The position numbers and the translations under genes are program-made. A stretch of DNA of 64,000 nucleotides from Eledone cirrhosa (lineage: Eukaryota). The notes under the pieces were generated by a model. The model did no database searches. It was not told the origin of the DNA and was given only the letters and a program-made list of their open reading frames with translations. This document shows, one piece after another, positions 1 to 13,060 of this stretch. The stretch lies in contig OZ024741.1 of NCBI GenBank assembly GCA_964016885.1, forward strand, positions 342,922,001-342,986,000, read 5' to 3'. How positions within the stretch are numbered: position 1 is the stretch's first letter; each line of letters begins with the position of its first letter.

Positions 1-112
1 TGCCCTAAGGACAGACACTGGTCTGTTGGAGACGCAGGACATGGCAGCGATAATGAGGGACAGAAACCGCTGGAGAGAACTTGTCCATGAATCTGGGGAA
101 TTTTACCCGCCC
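1..112 (+). mobile_element. 3' end of an RTE-like non-LTR retrotransposon (remnant)
   Basis: Translation ...DTGLLETQDMAAIMRDRNRWRELV resembles the DRxxWR C-terminal motif of RTE-type ORFs; followed by a (TA)n tail. Confidence 0.45.
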
Positions 113-133
113 TATATATATATATATATATAT

Positions 134-2178
134 AGACAAATAGCCCCCTCCAGATCAGACCTAGGGATCGTCAGTAAAAACATACTGGATAGGATTTTTC
201 CCAAGCTTCGGAAAAAAAAATAGATTACAGCAATGGTCGTGCACGGGAGAGGTAATAGAATGGTTTAAGATACTACCTGAGAAAAGTAGGACCAGCTTTA
301 TCCAACTGGATATTGCAGGGTACTACTCCTCAATCTCGCCCATAGTACTCAATAAGGCCCTTGTTTTAGCGATGTCCAATACGGACCTACCACGCGAGGA
401 GGTGGGCATCATCCACGCCGCCCGAAAGACCCTGATAAGTTTCAGTGGAGACCTTTGGACCAGAAGTGATTGGCCAAATAACTTTGACATTACGATGGGC
501 TCCAGCGACTCCGCACAGGTAACGGACCTGGTCGGCCTATTCCTGCTGAAGCAGATAAAAGATGAAATCTCCTGCCTGGGCGGCGGATTGTATCGTGACG
601 ATGCACTCTTCACAGTCTATGACCACAGCACCACTATGGTGGAGAGAATGAAGAGGCGTATTCGGCATTTCTTTAAGAAACATGGGCTCAATATCGAACT
701 AGACCCAAATAGAAAGGTAGTTAACTTCCTAGACACCACCCTAAACCTGAACACCGAGCAATACTACCCCTATCACAAGCCCAACGAGAAACTGGTATAT
801 GTTAACGTCAAGTCAAACCACCCTAGATCCATAATTAAGGCCGTAGTGAAGAGTGTCTCGGACAGGATCTCCAGCCTGTTCGGAAATAAGGAGATCTTCG
901 ATAGCAACGCGAAATATTACAACGCAGCTCTAAATAAGGCGGCGCATGGCCAAAATATATCATATAATCCGAGGCGCCATAACGGGGATAGCCCAACGGA
1001 TACCCCGACCCACAGGATCTGGGAGGCGGAGGGACCCTAACAATACAAGCAGAGTAAAAACAACTAAACACCATGAACCCGACACCATCACATTGGCGAG
1101 GGGCACGCGTACACATAACCATGGAAGGAAACCCGGTACGAGTAGCGGTCTCAGGGGTGATATCAACTACCCCGTGCCCGACGCCCCAATTGCAAGACAC
1201 GAAGCGGGACCGATGGAAGACCATCCCACCGTAGAACTCCCAGCGTGGGTAACAACCACCTCAGAGATACGGGCCGGGAAGTTAGCAGAACACATAGCGC
1301 CCAAAGGGGAAGCAGCAATGCGGGAACCACTAGCAACCCAACAACTCCCCAACAGCTCACGACACGCTCAACCCACCCACATAGGAGTAGACACAGAAAA
1401 AATCACGTGGTACAACCCACCATACTCAGCGGCCGTAAAGAACAGCATGGCCCGCTCATTCTTTAGAGCACTAGATAAATGCTTTCCGAAGGACCATAGA
1501 TACCGCAAGATCTTCAACAGACACACTGTAAAGCTCTCCTATTCTACCACGCGAAATGTGGCCCAGCACATAGCTAGCATTAATAGGGGTAGACTTAAAA
1601 ACCACACACAACCGGAAGCTGGCAATATAGGCACCCGGCAGAACCATGTGGAGGGAAAGAAGGGTTGACCCAGTAACCCAAACAGATCCAGGAAGCCCCC
1701 ACACGGCCCGGGGGAGGACCACCATATAATACGCAACGGGAACCCCACATTAGGCACGCGGAGGTCGACCACGCCCTGCAACTGCAGAAACCCAGCATTA
1801 TGCCCCCTTAGTAATGAATGCCTAAGGAAGAACTTAATATACGGATGTAGAGTAAAATACCCCAACTTTGAACACCTTTACATAGGAGCCACATCAACGA
1901 GCTTTAAGGACCGATGGTATAACCATCGCCATTCCTTTAACAGGGAGGACAAAAGGAAAAGTACGGCTCTTTCCGAACTGATCTGGAAGCTCAAGCTGGA
2001 CAGGACCCCGTACTCTCTGGCCTGGTCCAAAATCAGGAAAGTACCACCTGATAAAGGGGGATCTGGCATCTGCAAACTATGTCTGAGCGAGACCCTCGAG
2101 ATACTCAGCAATGGAAGCAGCCTGATAAACCACAGGACTGACTTCTTTGGGACCTTCCTCAAGCTATATGAACAATAA
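134..2178 (+). pseudogene. PLE-A reverse transcriptase/GIY-YIG endonuclease ORF, interrupted
   Basis: RT motifs FDITMGSSDSAQ and GLYRDDAL (ORF 372-1040); WYNPPYS...KIFNRHTVKLSYS (946-1668). Past the TGA at 1666-1668 the same frame reads CNCRNPALCPL...LIYGC...YIGAT...CKLCLSE, ending TAA 2176-2178. Confidence 0.85.
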
Positions 2179-2471
2179 CAACACTTTGGGATGGGAACTT
2201 CCCTCAAGCTATAGGGACTTCCCCGGGACATGTAGACACCTCAGGGCCGGGACCTTCCTCTAGCTATATGGGCAACAACAACGTATTGGGAAGGGAACTT
2301 CCCTCAAGCTATAGGGACAGTAGCCCCGCCACACCGAGCCCACGGTAAACCACCCCCTACACTTTCACCACCCCTACCCCTGCCTCGATCGACTCCTATG
2401 GCAGCACAGACTTATGCATATGTCCATACATAGATCCTGTTATTTAAGATTGTACATGCACTGATACTTAC

Positions 2472-2516
<45 letters not shown>

Positions 2517-2525
2517 TGTGTGCGA

Positions 2526-2569
<44 letters not shown>

Positions 2570-3501
2570 GTGTGTGTGTGTTTGTATAATCTGTGTGGGT
2601 GTGTGTGAATATGGGATGCACCTGGGCCCGTGTTTGTGCGTGTGGGCTTGCAACGATGTGGGTTGACATACACGCATATGTACTCTATGCCGAATTAAAA
2701 ACTGTATTCCTCTGCATTTCCGGATTTTGACACTCAGGTTATGGTGTTTTACACTCCACTCTTGCCTCATTTGCTCCTAAAACGCACCACCCCATGATAG
2801 TGTAAAGATCGTAATCCTTTGGATTTCCCGATTCTGACACATAAACTTTATACTTCAGTCAATATTTTCCAAATCTTTCAAACTTTAATATTGGCTATAA
2901 CACACACGCACTTTATTCTTCTTTGATATTTGATATTGGCTATAACAAACACGCATTTTATTCTATTTTATTCATTTATTTATTTTTTTTTTTACTTCTT
3001 CATTTTATTGTATCGTATCTTATTATTTTATTATTTATTTTATCTTATATTTTTATATTTTATTTCTTCATTTTACCTTATCTGATTCTATTATCTGTTT
3101 GCCCCCCCCCCCCCCACGTGAAAGGATGGTAGGATTGATGCCAACCCACAAACACTCATTCTTCAAAAGACAGCAGCAGTAGAACTAACGTTAACCTGCC
3201 AGCTGACCCCCTAACACCAATAAACACAAGGGAGGAGGTCAGCTGTACTTAACAAAAACAACCACAACAGATTGTCTTGCCTCGGAAAAGAATTTCTATA
3301 GACTTTTGACTGAGGAATGTTCTCCCAACTGACCAATGGGAGGAGAGAGTGTCCTATGATGCAGAAATTCGTTTGTTCGAATTCATATGATCCCAGTTCC
3401 TCAGAGAAATCACAACCCAACCAAGAGCTGGACATATCGGAATATTGACGGAGTAAAACACTTTAACAACATGTGTACCTGTCTCTACCACACCAATCCG
3501 A

Positions 3502-3556
3502 ACTGCCTGAAGAGGTCACAGCCAATGATGGCTGTCACCGAAATATATATAGCAGT
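3502..3556 (+). ncRNA. Type I hammerhead ribozyme at the PLE-A 3' end
   Basis: actgc-CTGAAGA-ggtcacagcca/atga/tggctgtcacc-GAAA-tatat-ATA-gcagt: 5-bp stem I, 10/11-bp stem II, minimal palindromic stem III. Confidence 0.85.
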
Positions 3557-3621
3557 ACATCTTTAATAAATGAAGCCAAATCTTAAATATTTGACTTAAT
3601 TACTTTATTATATATATATAT

Positions 3622-4225
3622 ACACACCGAGCATTATAATAAATGTTCGGTGAATCCATACGTACATATATATATGTGTGCATGTATGTATATATATATA
3701 CATACTACTGTACGTCTGTATACATATATGTATGTACGTGTACATACTTATATTTAAGTAACAGCCGTACTAAGAGTGGGAAATGAAATTTCGTTTCATT
3801 TTTTCCGTTTATCGTTTTCGGTGCACCCGGCCGATTAACCCACTCGATATGCAAATTGGGCTACTCAGCCGTTAATATGCATAAGGTAAGTATATACTTT
3901 CAACAATCTGGCAGGAAGGTATAAGTTGCTGACGATAGCTAATAAGCTTGAAACTAGTACAGCGTTCCTTTGTCAGTGTTGAACAAACGAGTAACGATGG
4001 TTGCTAGACACTACGGCTTAATACGGGATGTTTGTCTACAAACACACCGAGCATTATAATAAATGTTCGGTGAATCCATACGTACATATATATATGTGTG
4101 CATGTATGTATATATATACACATACTACTGTACGTCTGTATACATATATGTATGTACGCGTACATACTTATATTTAAGTAACAGCCGTACTAAGAGTGGG
4201 AAATGAAATTTCGTTTCATTTTTCC

Positions 4226-4231
<6 letters not shown>
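3622..4231 (+). mobile_element. Retrozyme-like non-coding repeat family R1 (partial plus full ~420-bp unit in tandem)
   Basis: 3622-3811 recurs at 4042-4230 (period 420); the unit carries an octamer at 3849 and a hammerhead at 3925; a second copy lies at 58885-59281. Confidence 0.75.
3925..3963 (+). ncRNA. Minimal type I hammerhead ribozyme (R1)
   Basis: gttg-CTGACGA-tagct/aata/agctt-GAAAC-ta-GTA-cagc. Confidence 0.8.
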
Positions 4232-4299
<68 letters not shown>

Positions 4300-4462
4300 C
4301 ACCTCCGTTCCATCCATATTTCATCCGAAATTATTTTTCAGATAAACATATCATTTAAGCCTCTAAATATTATAAGCTCTGTTTTCCCTCATTAACTAAT
4401 AGCAAATGGAACCTCTATAACATTTACATACACAGATAAATGTATGTACGTATATATCTGTC

Positions 4463-4554
<92 letters not shown>

Positions 4555-4569
4555 TATATATATATATAT

Positions 4570-4909
4570 ACTAGACCTGAAAAATGCGCAAGCTCAAAAG
4601 AGCCACAGAATGTTATAATAAACCTTCAAAAGTGTGGGACTAGAGTTGTTGCTCAAAAATATTGTAATCATTTTCTATCGTATACTCTGTGGCATACTTT
4701 TATAAAAAAGAGACTCATAACGAACTCAAGACGACATGATAATTATTTAAGCTAATGTTCAATATCTCATATTAGATGTTTAGTAATGATTAATACGAAA
4801 TGCACTTAAACCGAATTCTATATTATAAATTCACTCTAGTCCCACACTTTTGAAGGTTTATTATAACATTCTGTGGCTCTTTTGAGCTTGCGCATTTTTC
4901 AGGTCTAGT
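4570..4909. repeat. 77-bp perfect inverted repeat (MITE/foldback- or Helitron-end-like)
   Basis: 4570-4646 is the reverse complement of 4833-4909; outer ends ACTAG...CTAGT. Confidence 0.75.
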
Positions 4910-5670
4910 TTAATATTTTTTTAAGGCAACGCTTGTAATAACTCTAGTTAAACATGATATATATTAATAATAAATTATCGTTGTAATATAATTAGATTAT
5001 ATAATTGTTATTTTATAAATGATCTTATGAATATTATTGTAAGATGTATAACAATATTTTCAGACTTTTAATATAAACTACTACAAAAATCAATCAATAT
5101 TAAATAAATATATTTTACATAATAATTGTTATAGTTGAATTAATAAAAATTAAATATTACATATAAATTGTCTAACATAATAATAAAAGAATAATCTAAC
5201 ATAATAATAAAATAATCTACCATAAAACGAACAATAATATGGACAAATATACAAATAAATAGGATACAACAAATATTATAAGCATGTTATAACGAACTGA
5301 AAAAAAATAGTTAATATAAGTTTAAAAAATCATATATAAATTATAAATATAACTTACTAAAACGAGAAAAATATTTTGATGATAAAACGACGAAATACAG
5401 GAGGAAGATTCAAAAGCGAAACGATAAATAAACGTGCAAACAAAGTGGCGGATGCTTTTGAGCAACAATTATTCTCATTGGTTGATTAGCCAATAAAACG
5501 ATGAAATTAGCCAATAAGACGATACATTACAAAATATGTTTGGTAGTGATCACCACGGCCAGTGAAACCCCTTGAATTTTTTTATTCACAAGCTGCGCAT
5601 ATATGTCAGACACGCAGACATAACACATTCTGTTGCTAGTCACTGCGTGTCTAACAGATATGACATATAT

Positions 5671-5754
5671 AACAAAGAAGAAGGTGTGGTAAGATAGCAG
5701 GTGGACCAAACGCACCAGTTCAGATCTAGCTGTCGAAACGGCAGGAGCTCAGCC

Positions 5755-5756
<2 letters not shown>
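5671..5756. mobile_element. Fold-back remnant of a PLE 3' end (family of 54511-56693)
   Basis: Inverted tail (gtgtggtaag...ggtggacca..acgcacca) joined to a forward HHR half (gtcGAAACggcaggagctcagccg). Confidence 0.55.
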
Positions 5757-5792
<36 letters not shown>

Positions 5793-5797
<5 letters not shown>

Positions 5798-5966
5798 ATA
5801 TAGAAAAGCTTCTACAGGAATAGAACTGTTTCAGTCGTGCGAAATCATCCACGAATGAAACAGTTCTAGTCTTGTAGAAACTTTTCTATATTAAACATTT
5901 ATACTCTGCTATGTATTGAGTACCTTACTTACTGTGGTTACCTCCGATTGAACCCGAAATAACTTA
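5793..5966. mobile_element. Fold-back remnant of a PLE 3' end (family also at ~7863 and 30666)
   Basis: ~41-bp inverted arms containing GAAAC-agttcta-GTC; only the right arm continues into a tail ending gattgaacc...aataactta. Confidence 0.6.
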
Positions 5967-6189
5967 TATGTATATATATACGTTTAAATTTGGTGGTTTA
6001 CCACTGGGTAGAATTGGTCATTCTACAATGTTAACCTTCACGTAATTTGAGAAAAGCACTCGACGTTATGCAACTCATTCATCTTCAATATTAAATCATG
6101 TTGATAGTGCGGGAAGTAAATGTATTATGAAGTGAAATGGCAGGAGGCCAAATATGTTGAATTTCCTTAATTTCTTTTTATTACTGAAA

Positions 6190-6247
6190 ACACTATGCAT
6201 ATTTCAGTGGCCAGGTTGCGTAAGAACCCGGTGACCTCATCAGGTGT
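6190..6247 (-). ncRNA. Type I hammerhead ribozyme
   Basis: Minus strand: acac-CTGATGA-ggtcaccgggtt...aacctggccact-GAAA-tatgc-ATA-gtgt; same architecture as the 3502 HHR, with an imperfect stem II. Confidence 0.7.
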
Positions 6248-6377
6248 AAACTGCGTAATAGATATATACCAACGGAATGATCGTAAGCTTTAAGGAAACA
6301 AGCAAAGTAAAACAAAGAGGAAAAAGTGTGTGCTATGTTTTGACCTAGTAGTAGCATGCTGCCACACTACTCGCTCG

Positions 6378-6439
<62 letters not shown>

Positions 6440-6546
6440 AAACGGCTCATTGAATACGTTCGTGTGTTTTTTTCTCACTTTTTCACATTCCTTCCTCTTC
6501 TCACTCTTTATCTTTTTACCTTATCTTTTATTTCTAATTCTATCTT

Positions 6547-6574
6547 CTGATGAAGGACTAGTGTTCGAAACGTC
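6547..6574 (+). ncRNA. Degenerate minimal hammerhead core (PLE-type)
   Basis: CTGATGA-aggac/tagt/gttc-GAAAC-GTC; stem I pairing is poor. Confidence 0.45.
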
Positions 6575-6729
6575 AACCTTCTTCTGTTATTTCAAGTGGT
6601 AAACTAATATATTTCATCAATGTACTGTGTCGTTTGCTTTGTTATTTTACATACATCCCCAAACATACCCCCTCCCATATCTATCTATCTATAGATATAT
6701 CTATCTATCTAAAGATCTATCTATCTATC

Positions 6730-7330
6730 TTGCACGCAATTGTACACTGCCCGGGCGTAACCGACCTGTGGAGCTACGCAGAACAACTGCTGTCACGTAC
6801 GGGACAAATCCAGTTGACTGCCGAGTCCATAGTAAGGATCAAACCGTCAACTTCTTTCAAAAACGAAAGAGAGGCGGTTTTTCTCTGTATAGTGGCTATG
6901 GTAAAAGAGATTATATGGTGGACGAGATTGAGAGGACTGAGGACAGATGCCTTTCTCTCCGGACAATTCTTCTTTCCCTTCTTTAGGTACCACTTTAGAA
7001 GGAGAATGAGAGTGGAGAGAGAGGCACCGCACCCCAGTAAATTTACTGAAAGGTGGGTGAGTGATTGGGCCTTCTCTGTATATAAACCTGTAAGTTGAAG
7101 ATGAGAGCAAAAGAGGAAGGGACCACTTAAACAACACGCTCCTGGAGTTGAGGGTTGTTCTATCTACGGGGTATTAAATAACCCATTTGTAACGCCTCGC
7201 CCCCTATTGGTGATTCCGATTGTTGAATTTGTTTGTTTAAAAATATTTTTTACACGATTGTATGTAAAATCCCCGGCATATATCCTTGTATTGTCCCCTT
7301 TTCTTGTGCACCCTTGTGGCAAATAAAGTA

Positions 7331-7331
<1 letters not shown>
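6730..7331 (+). mobile_element. 5'-truncated Tx1-clade LINE (ORF2 C-terminus plus 3' UTR)
   Basis: HAIVHCPGVTDLW...KEIIWWTRLRGL is homologous to the ORF2 ends at 21.3-21.7 kb; (TATC)n on both sides. Confidence 0.85.
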
Positions 7332-7380
<49 letters not shown>

Positions 7381-7508
7381 ACGGTTTAGCCTAGACGACC
7401 AACAAAATGTCTCTCGTTTTATGCTAATTTTCAATTTTGAAATATCGCCTTATTGCCTCACGTTGCTTTAAACAACATATAACTACAAAGCTACAACACA
7501 CACACAAG

Positions 7509-7540
<32 letters not shown>

Positions 7541-7964
7541 ACAAATGTTATATTAATGATCAAATGTTAATCTACAGAGACACCTGTTCTTTCTAAGCAC
7601 ACACAGACAATTACAATGAATGATGTAGGAAATACTACAAGAATACATTACCCATAGGAAGAAAAGGAAGTTACACAAAGTTACCTTTTAATTATTAATG
7701 TATATTATATGATACAATCTTTAAAATTGACATTTTTAGAAATATCCTCGATTCGTAACTAAGAAAATCTGGCCAAAACTCAATAAATATTTAAGTATAT
7801 CAAAACAGCAACCAGTTTTAAATATGACACGGGAATTTTAGTTTGAAGATTTTCTTATCAATATGAGATGATTCTTCCCGAATGAAACAGTTTTAGTCCT
7901 ATATAAGCCTAGAATTTCTATATTTTATATATATATAATTTCTATATTTTATATATATATTTCC

Positions 7965-7995
<31 letters not shown>

Positions 7996-8394
7996 TTCAA
8001 TATTTTATATAAATATATATATATTTATATATGAGTATATGTATAGTATATTTGGGAATATACTGTATGCTTAATTGAAAATAATTTGAAGACCTTGCGC
8101 TATTATTTTAAAGTAGTGACTATGTCACTTACTTCTTTTTTTCAACAAACGATGGGAGATAAGCTGACAGATCTGTTTCACACTTAGCACTCGCCGACCT
8201 TTGTTGAAAATTATAGAGGCTGGATTCTTATAGAATTCCAGTAATTATCAGGAACTGATTATACAGAGCGATTGCCGGTCCAGCAAAAATTGAAAATATA
8301 TATATATATTTATATATGTGCGTGTGTGTGCGTGTATACATATAATTAAATAAACGTATATAAATAAATAAATGCGTATATAACAATAATAATG

Positions 8395-9677
8395 GCTTGC
8401 ATTACCCGCATAGAAAGCCGAATGATACGCTTAATTACATAAGTAAGCATTCTAACCATCCTGCCAGCATAACCAAGAACCTGGTAAGAAACGTTTCTTT
8501 GAGCATATTTTCAACGACCATTCCACATATTACAATGAAGCTCTTGCTCGGAGTGGATTTGTCGATAAGGTAGCTTATACAGAGTACGAGAATAGACCTA
8601 GAAGAAATAGATCCCGACGCATTATATGGTATAACCCACCATATAATAAGGAGGTGGCCACACCATTAGCTAAGATCTTTCTCTCCCTTATTGCGAAGCA
8701 TTTTCCTCCTACACATAAATATAGCAACATTTTTAATAGAAATACTATTAAAATTTCTTACTCTACGACTCCTAACCTTGCACATAACATTACAGCTTCA
8801 AATTTAGCTAAACTACCTAGCCGTAGGAACACGTGCAACCCTGTAGTTAGGACTAACTGTAATTGTAGGAATCGGGTTGACTGCCCCCTATCCGGGAAAT
8901 GCCTCTCTAGTAACATTGTCTACAAATGTAAGGTTGAAACACCCACGTCCCGTAGGGCCTACATAAGGTTAACCGCCAATAGATTCAAGCAGCGTCTTTA
9001 CATGCATACCCATTCTTTTCGTTACCCCTTAAGAAGGAATATGACGTCACTTTCAGCTTATATCTGGAGTCTAAAAGACAACCACAACCAATATAAGTTA
9101 CACTGGGAGATCCTGGCTAGGGCTAGATCATATAACGGAAATAAAAGACCATGTGACCTCTGCGCCGCTGAGGCCCTGGAAATGTCTACGCTAAAGACCA
9201 CATCTTAAACAAAAAATCTGAGGCAATTTCGGCTTGTAAACATAAATTGCACACAACTTTCCTGTATTACAGCCCCACATTATACCCTAACGGATAGTAT
9301 GATCTATATGCGGATATTTTACGTCTTGATGTGGTAGCTAAGTATATCTTATGTTTATACCATTACTTATTTGTATAGGTAAGTATATATTACCTGTATG
9401 TTTTGTGTTGGTACGTATACTTTCTCGTACGTATATTTTATTGTATATGTTATGGCGCATATATTATATATTCTTGTACATATGCTTTGGTTATGTGTAT
9501 ACTGGAGTTTAGTGTATGCGGGTTCGTACGTATGTAGGGTATGTGTATATGTGTACTTTGTGTTTTGGTTGACGTACGTCTCCGAACATATGTGTATTTA
9601 TATGTAGGTATGTGTGTGCGCTTGTTATATACGTATTTATTTATTTATATACGTTGATTTAATTATATGTATACACG

Positions 9678-9710
<33 letters not shown>

Positions 9711-10471
9711 TTATATATATATTTATGTGTATTTGGTGTATACATTCGTATGCGTGCGGGTACAGGCATTGCGTGGGTTCTCTATGTGCGTGCGGTTTTT
9801 TTTTGTGTACGTGCGTGTATTTGTATACCTAGGGCGAGTGTTTTCGCGTATGCTTGTGTATGTACGTATATGAAGGCGTGTATGTATTTATTTAATTTCA
9901 ATTACCTCTGTAATTTATTTACTTTATTCTTAACTCTGAAGCCGAAAATCATTCGGTTTCCTAGTTAGAATTTTAGTCTACGACTTCAGTTATACCATTT
10001 ACGTGATTTTGTCTTTGCGTGCAATTGTTCTCCCCGGTCAACATATGACGTATTATCTGCGTTTTTCCGTTCATTGCCAGAGAACGTCTCTATGAACCAC
10101 CTAATAGAATATTAGTCTACGACTTCTTTTATACCATAAACGTGGTTTTGTCTTTGAGTGCAATTGTTTTTCACCGCTCCAAATAATGACGTATTATATT
10201 CGTTTTTTCCCGTTCTTTGCCAGGGAACGTTTCCACGAACCAAAATATCGTCTTCCTGTCTTCCTCCGGTTGCAACGCTTTCTGAAATATTCACGTCTGC
10301 GTTCACAGATTGACTTTGTTAGTTTCAGAAGATCCCGTTAAGGGTGAAAGCAGCGATTCTTTGCTTAAACTTTAATCTGTTATTTTAATAAATATTTGCT
10401 CTACGGTTCTTATATATTTGATATATATTTATCCTTATCGAGCCCTCTTTGGATTTTAGTCTTCAAATTTT

Positions 10472-10478
<7 letters not shown>
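8395..10478 (+). mobile_element. Penelope-like element PLE-B, 5'-truncated
   Basis: ORF 8654-9208 (FPPTHKYSNIFNRNTIKISYS...CNCRNRVDCPL...NIVYKC) followed by LNKKSEAISACKH; degenerate HHR-like motif at ~10326-10353; same protein type as PLE-A. Confidence 0.8.
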
Positions 10479-10500
<22 letters not shown>

Positions 10501-10502
<2 letters not shown>

Positions 10503-12117
10503 GAAAACAGGGAGAAAGAGACGATTATTAGGAAGACAAATATATTTATTTCCTTTTTTATTTCTCTCTCTCTTTTTTTCTGGGTTAGAAAATGATTAAA
10601 ACAAAATGTTTTACTTTGTGTGAAGTGTTAAGGTATTAGTTGATTTATTTATTATTTAACAATGGCATTTATTTATCTATTTATATATTTAATAATTGTC
10701 TATTACCGGTTTCAGCATTTTTATGCATTATCAAATGATAGTGATATGTATTAGTGTGGTGTCGCACATGTTAAAGAGAAGGTGCAGAAAGAATAATGTT
10801 ATTTACAAACAAGGTTTATGAAGTGAAAATAAAAAATAAAAGAAAAAGAAAAAAAAAACGGGCGTAATGTAGAGCATAAAAAAGTCAATGTGAAAGAAAA
10901 AATAATGTTATTTACAGGCATAGTTCTTGAAGTTAAGCAGATCAAAATGTGTTAATATAACAAGAGTGCTTAGTTGATCCATGATTCCATGATGGAGGCA
11001 AATGGTGAACTGAGGTTTGATATGATTTCCCTTTTTAGAGAGTTAATATGCAGGGGGAAGCAATTCTTGCTGGATGATATTTAATTTATTTAAGAAAAAC
11101 GATTAGGTAGGATGTGAGGGAGGTAACTCTTGTAAATGTTTGATTGTTTGTTGCAGTTTTAGTTTGGTCCGATAATTAGTGCATTAAGTCGAGGTTGGAA
11201 TTTGTTAATGAAATATGTTTCCTTATTGGTACATTGGATGAAAGTAGCGTTGTCTATGAATTTGTAAATGAGGAAAATTTTAAAGTTTGGATGTTGGTTG
11301 TGTGCACAATTGGCGATATGTTCACTAAATGCAATCTTTCTGTATTCCTGTATTTTAATTTGTGATTTATGGACGGTCATATGTTGACGGAGGCTGTTTT
11401 TTGTCTGTCCTATGTAGTGCTCTTGACAACCTGAGCAGGTCAAAACATAGATTAGGTTTTCAGATGCACATGTAAAGTTGTGTTTAACTGTGAAATGTTG
11501 TCCTTGTTTAAAATGGAATGTTGAACCTTCTATTAGATTTATGCATATGCCACAGTTGGGCCTTCCGCATTTTGTTACTGTAGGGTTCATTGTGAGGGTT
11601 TGTTGGATTTTGGCTTGTGTGAGGATGATTTTTATGGACTTAGGTTGTCTTTTGCTCTTTATGATGTTGTGTGTTTGGAGGATTTTGTTCATTCTTGGGT
11701 CTCTTTTTAGTAAAGGAATATTCTGGAGGATGGTGCCGAATGCCTCATTGTTGAGGGGATTGTGTGTGGAGATGTATGGTAGAGTTTTTTGTTGCGGTTC
11801 ATTCCTGGGTTTGGGGTGTCTGAGTTCCTAGTTGTCTAGTTTTAGGGCACGTTGGAATCCATTGTTGATTAGGGATGGTGGGTAGTTTCTGCTGATAAGT
11901 GTGTTTTTTAATTCTTCTAGTCGTGTGTAGCATGTGTATTTATCTGAAACTATTGTGCAGATCCTTCTGGCTAGGTTATAAGGAATTACCATTTTGGTAT
12001 GTCTAGGGTGGCACGAGTTGAATGGGAGGTATTGTTTGGAGTCTGTGGGTTTGTAGTATATGTGTGTTTCTATTTTGTTGCTTGTTTTCTTGATGATGAT
12101 GTCGAGGAAAGGGAGTT
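10501..12117 (-). mobile_element. Penelope-like element PLE-C (Neptune-like Cys linker), 5'-truncated
   Basis: LPFLD...YYKPTDSKQYL...CHPRH (11828-12117) and CGRPNCGIC...NLIYVLTC...YIGQT (11159-11692). Confidence 0.85.
10700..10741 (-). ncRNA. Hammerhead variant (U3:A8 core) in the PLE-C 3' end
   Basis: Minus strand: TTGATAA-tgcat/aaaa/atgct-GAAAC-cg-GTA; identical copy at ~42550-42591; stem I is weak. Confidence 0.55.
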
Positions 12118-12166
12118 GATATATATGTATATATGCACACACACACACACATATATATATATGCAT

Positions 12167-12235
<69 letters not shown>

Positions 12236-12368
12236 TATATATATATGGAGAGAGAGAGAGAGAGAGAGAGTATGGAGTTAACCGAATAACTATTTTTCAC
12301 TGGGAAACATTTGTCAGCATTTTCTTTTCCTTTTTACTAATATATATATATATATAAATATATATACA

Positions 12369-12417
<49 letters not shown>

Positions 12418-12603
12418 TATATACACCATATATATATATATATATATACAGTAATAATAAATGTGAAGACTAAAATCCGAAGGGTGAAAGCAGCTATTTT
12501 TTTTTACAAGATGTACGATAAATTAAGCAAGATATGCCCTCTTTAAAATAAGTTTTCAATCTTCAATCAGTGTATACTATATGCATATGGTGTAGAAGCA
12601 TAC

Positions 12604-12654
12604 CTGGATGCTTCATGCAGCTTCTTCGCGAGGCATCCATAATCTCTGCGGAAT
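12604..12654 (-). other. Candidate 51-bp exon of an unidentified host gene
   Basis: tttatcatttttgcAG acceptor and CAG|GTATGC donor; GC-richer than its flanks; two of three frames open. Confidence 0.4.
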
Positions 12655-12902
12655 CTGCAAAAATGATAAATAGATTAGTTCAGACTATATATGTAGGTGC
12701 TGTGTTACAAATAACTACATGATTTAAGTTTAAATATACAAATTAGCATATATATGTTCTGGTGAAATATATTGATCTGTGATTTAATTTGATCTTGTCG
12801 ACTGAAATATCGAACATAAACTACGGTTGCACTGGCATGGCTGACACAAAACTACTTAGGAATAGTATCATTTACCGATTAATATATTTGTATAAGAGAG
12901 AA

Positions 12903-13060
12903 ATAGCGGTGAATTGAGTCGTGAGAACGTCGGATAGAATGCTTTTTGGTATTCGTTCCTGCTCTTCGCTCTCTGAGATCATAACTCACCGAAGTCAACT
13001 TTGCTTTTCACCCTTTCGAGGTCGATAAAAAAACTACCAGTCTAGTATTGAGATCAGTTC
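12903..13060 (+). mobile_element. tRNA-derived SINE (cephalopod-type)
   Basis: Conserved core aactttgcttttcaccctttcgaggtcgataaaa shared with six other copies in the window. Confidence 0.65.

Larger units (their letters stand above)
134..3609 (+). mobile_element. Penelope-like element PLE-A, 5'-truncated and decayed
   Basis: RT plus GIY-YIG coding remnants, long 3' UTR, hammerhead at 3502-3556, AATAAA at ~3565, ends in (TA)n. Confidence 0.85.

Noticed and set aside
1666-1668. In-frame TGA in PLE-A as possible selenocysteine (known in some PLEs)
   Set aside because: It lies in a non-conserved linker rather than a Cys position, the copy is otherwise decayed, and a CGA to TGA change is simpler; no SECIS was recognised.
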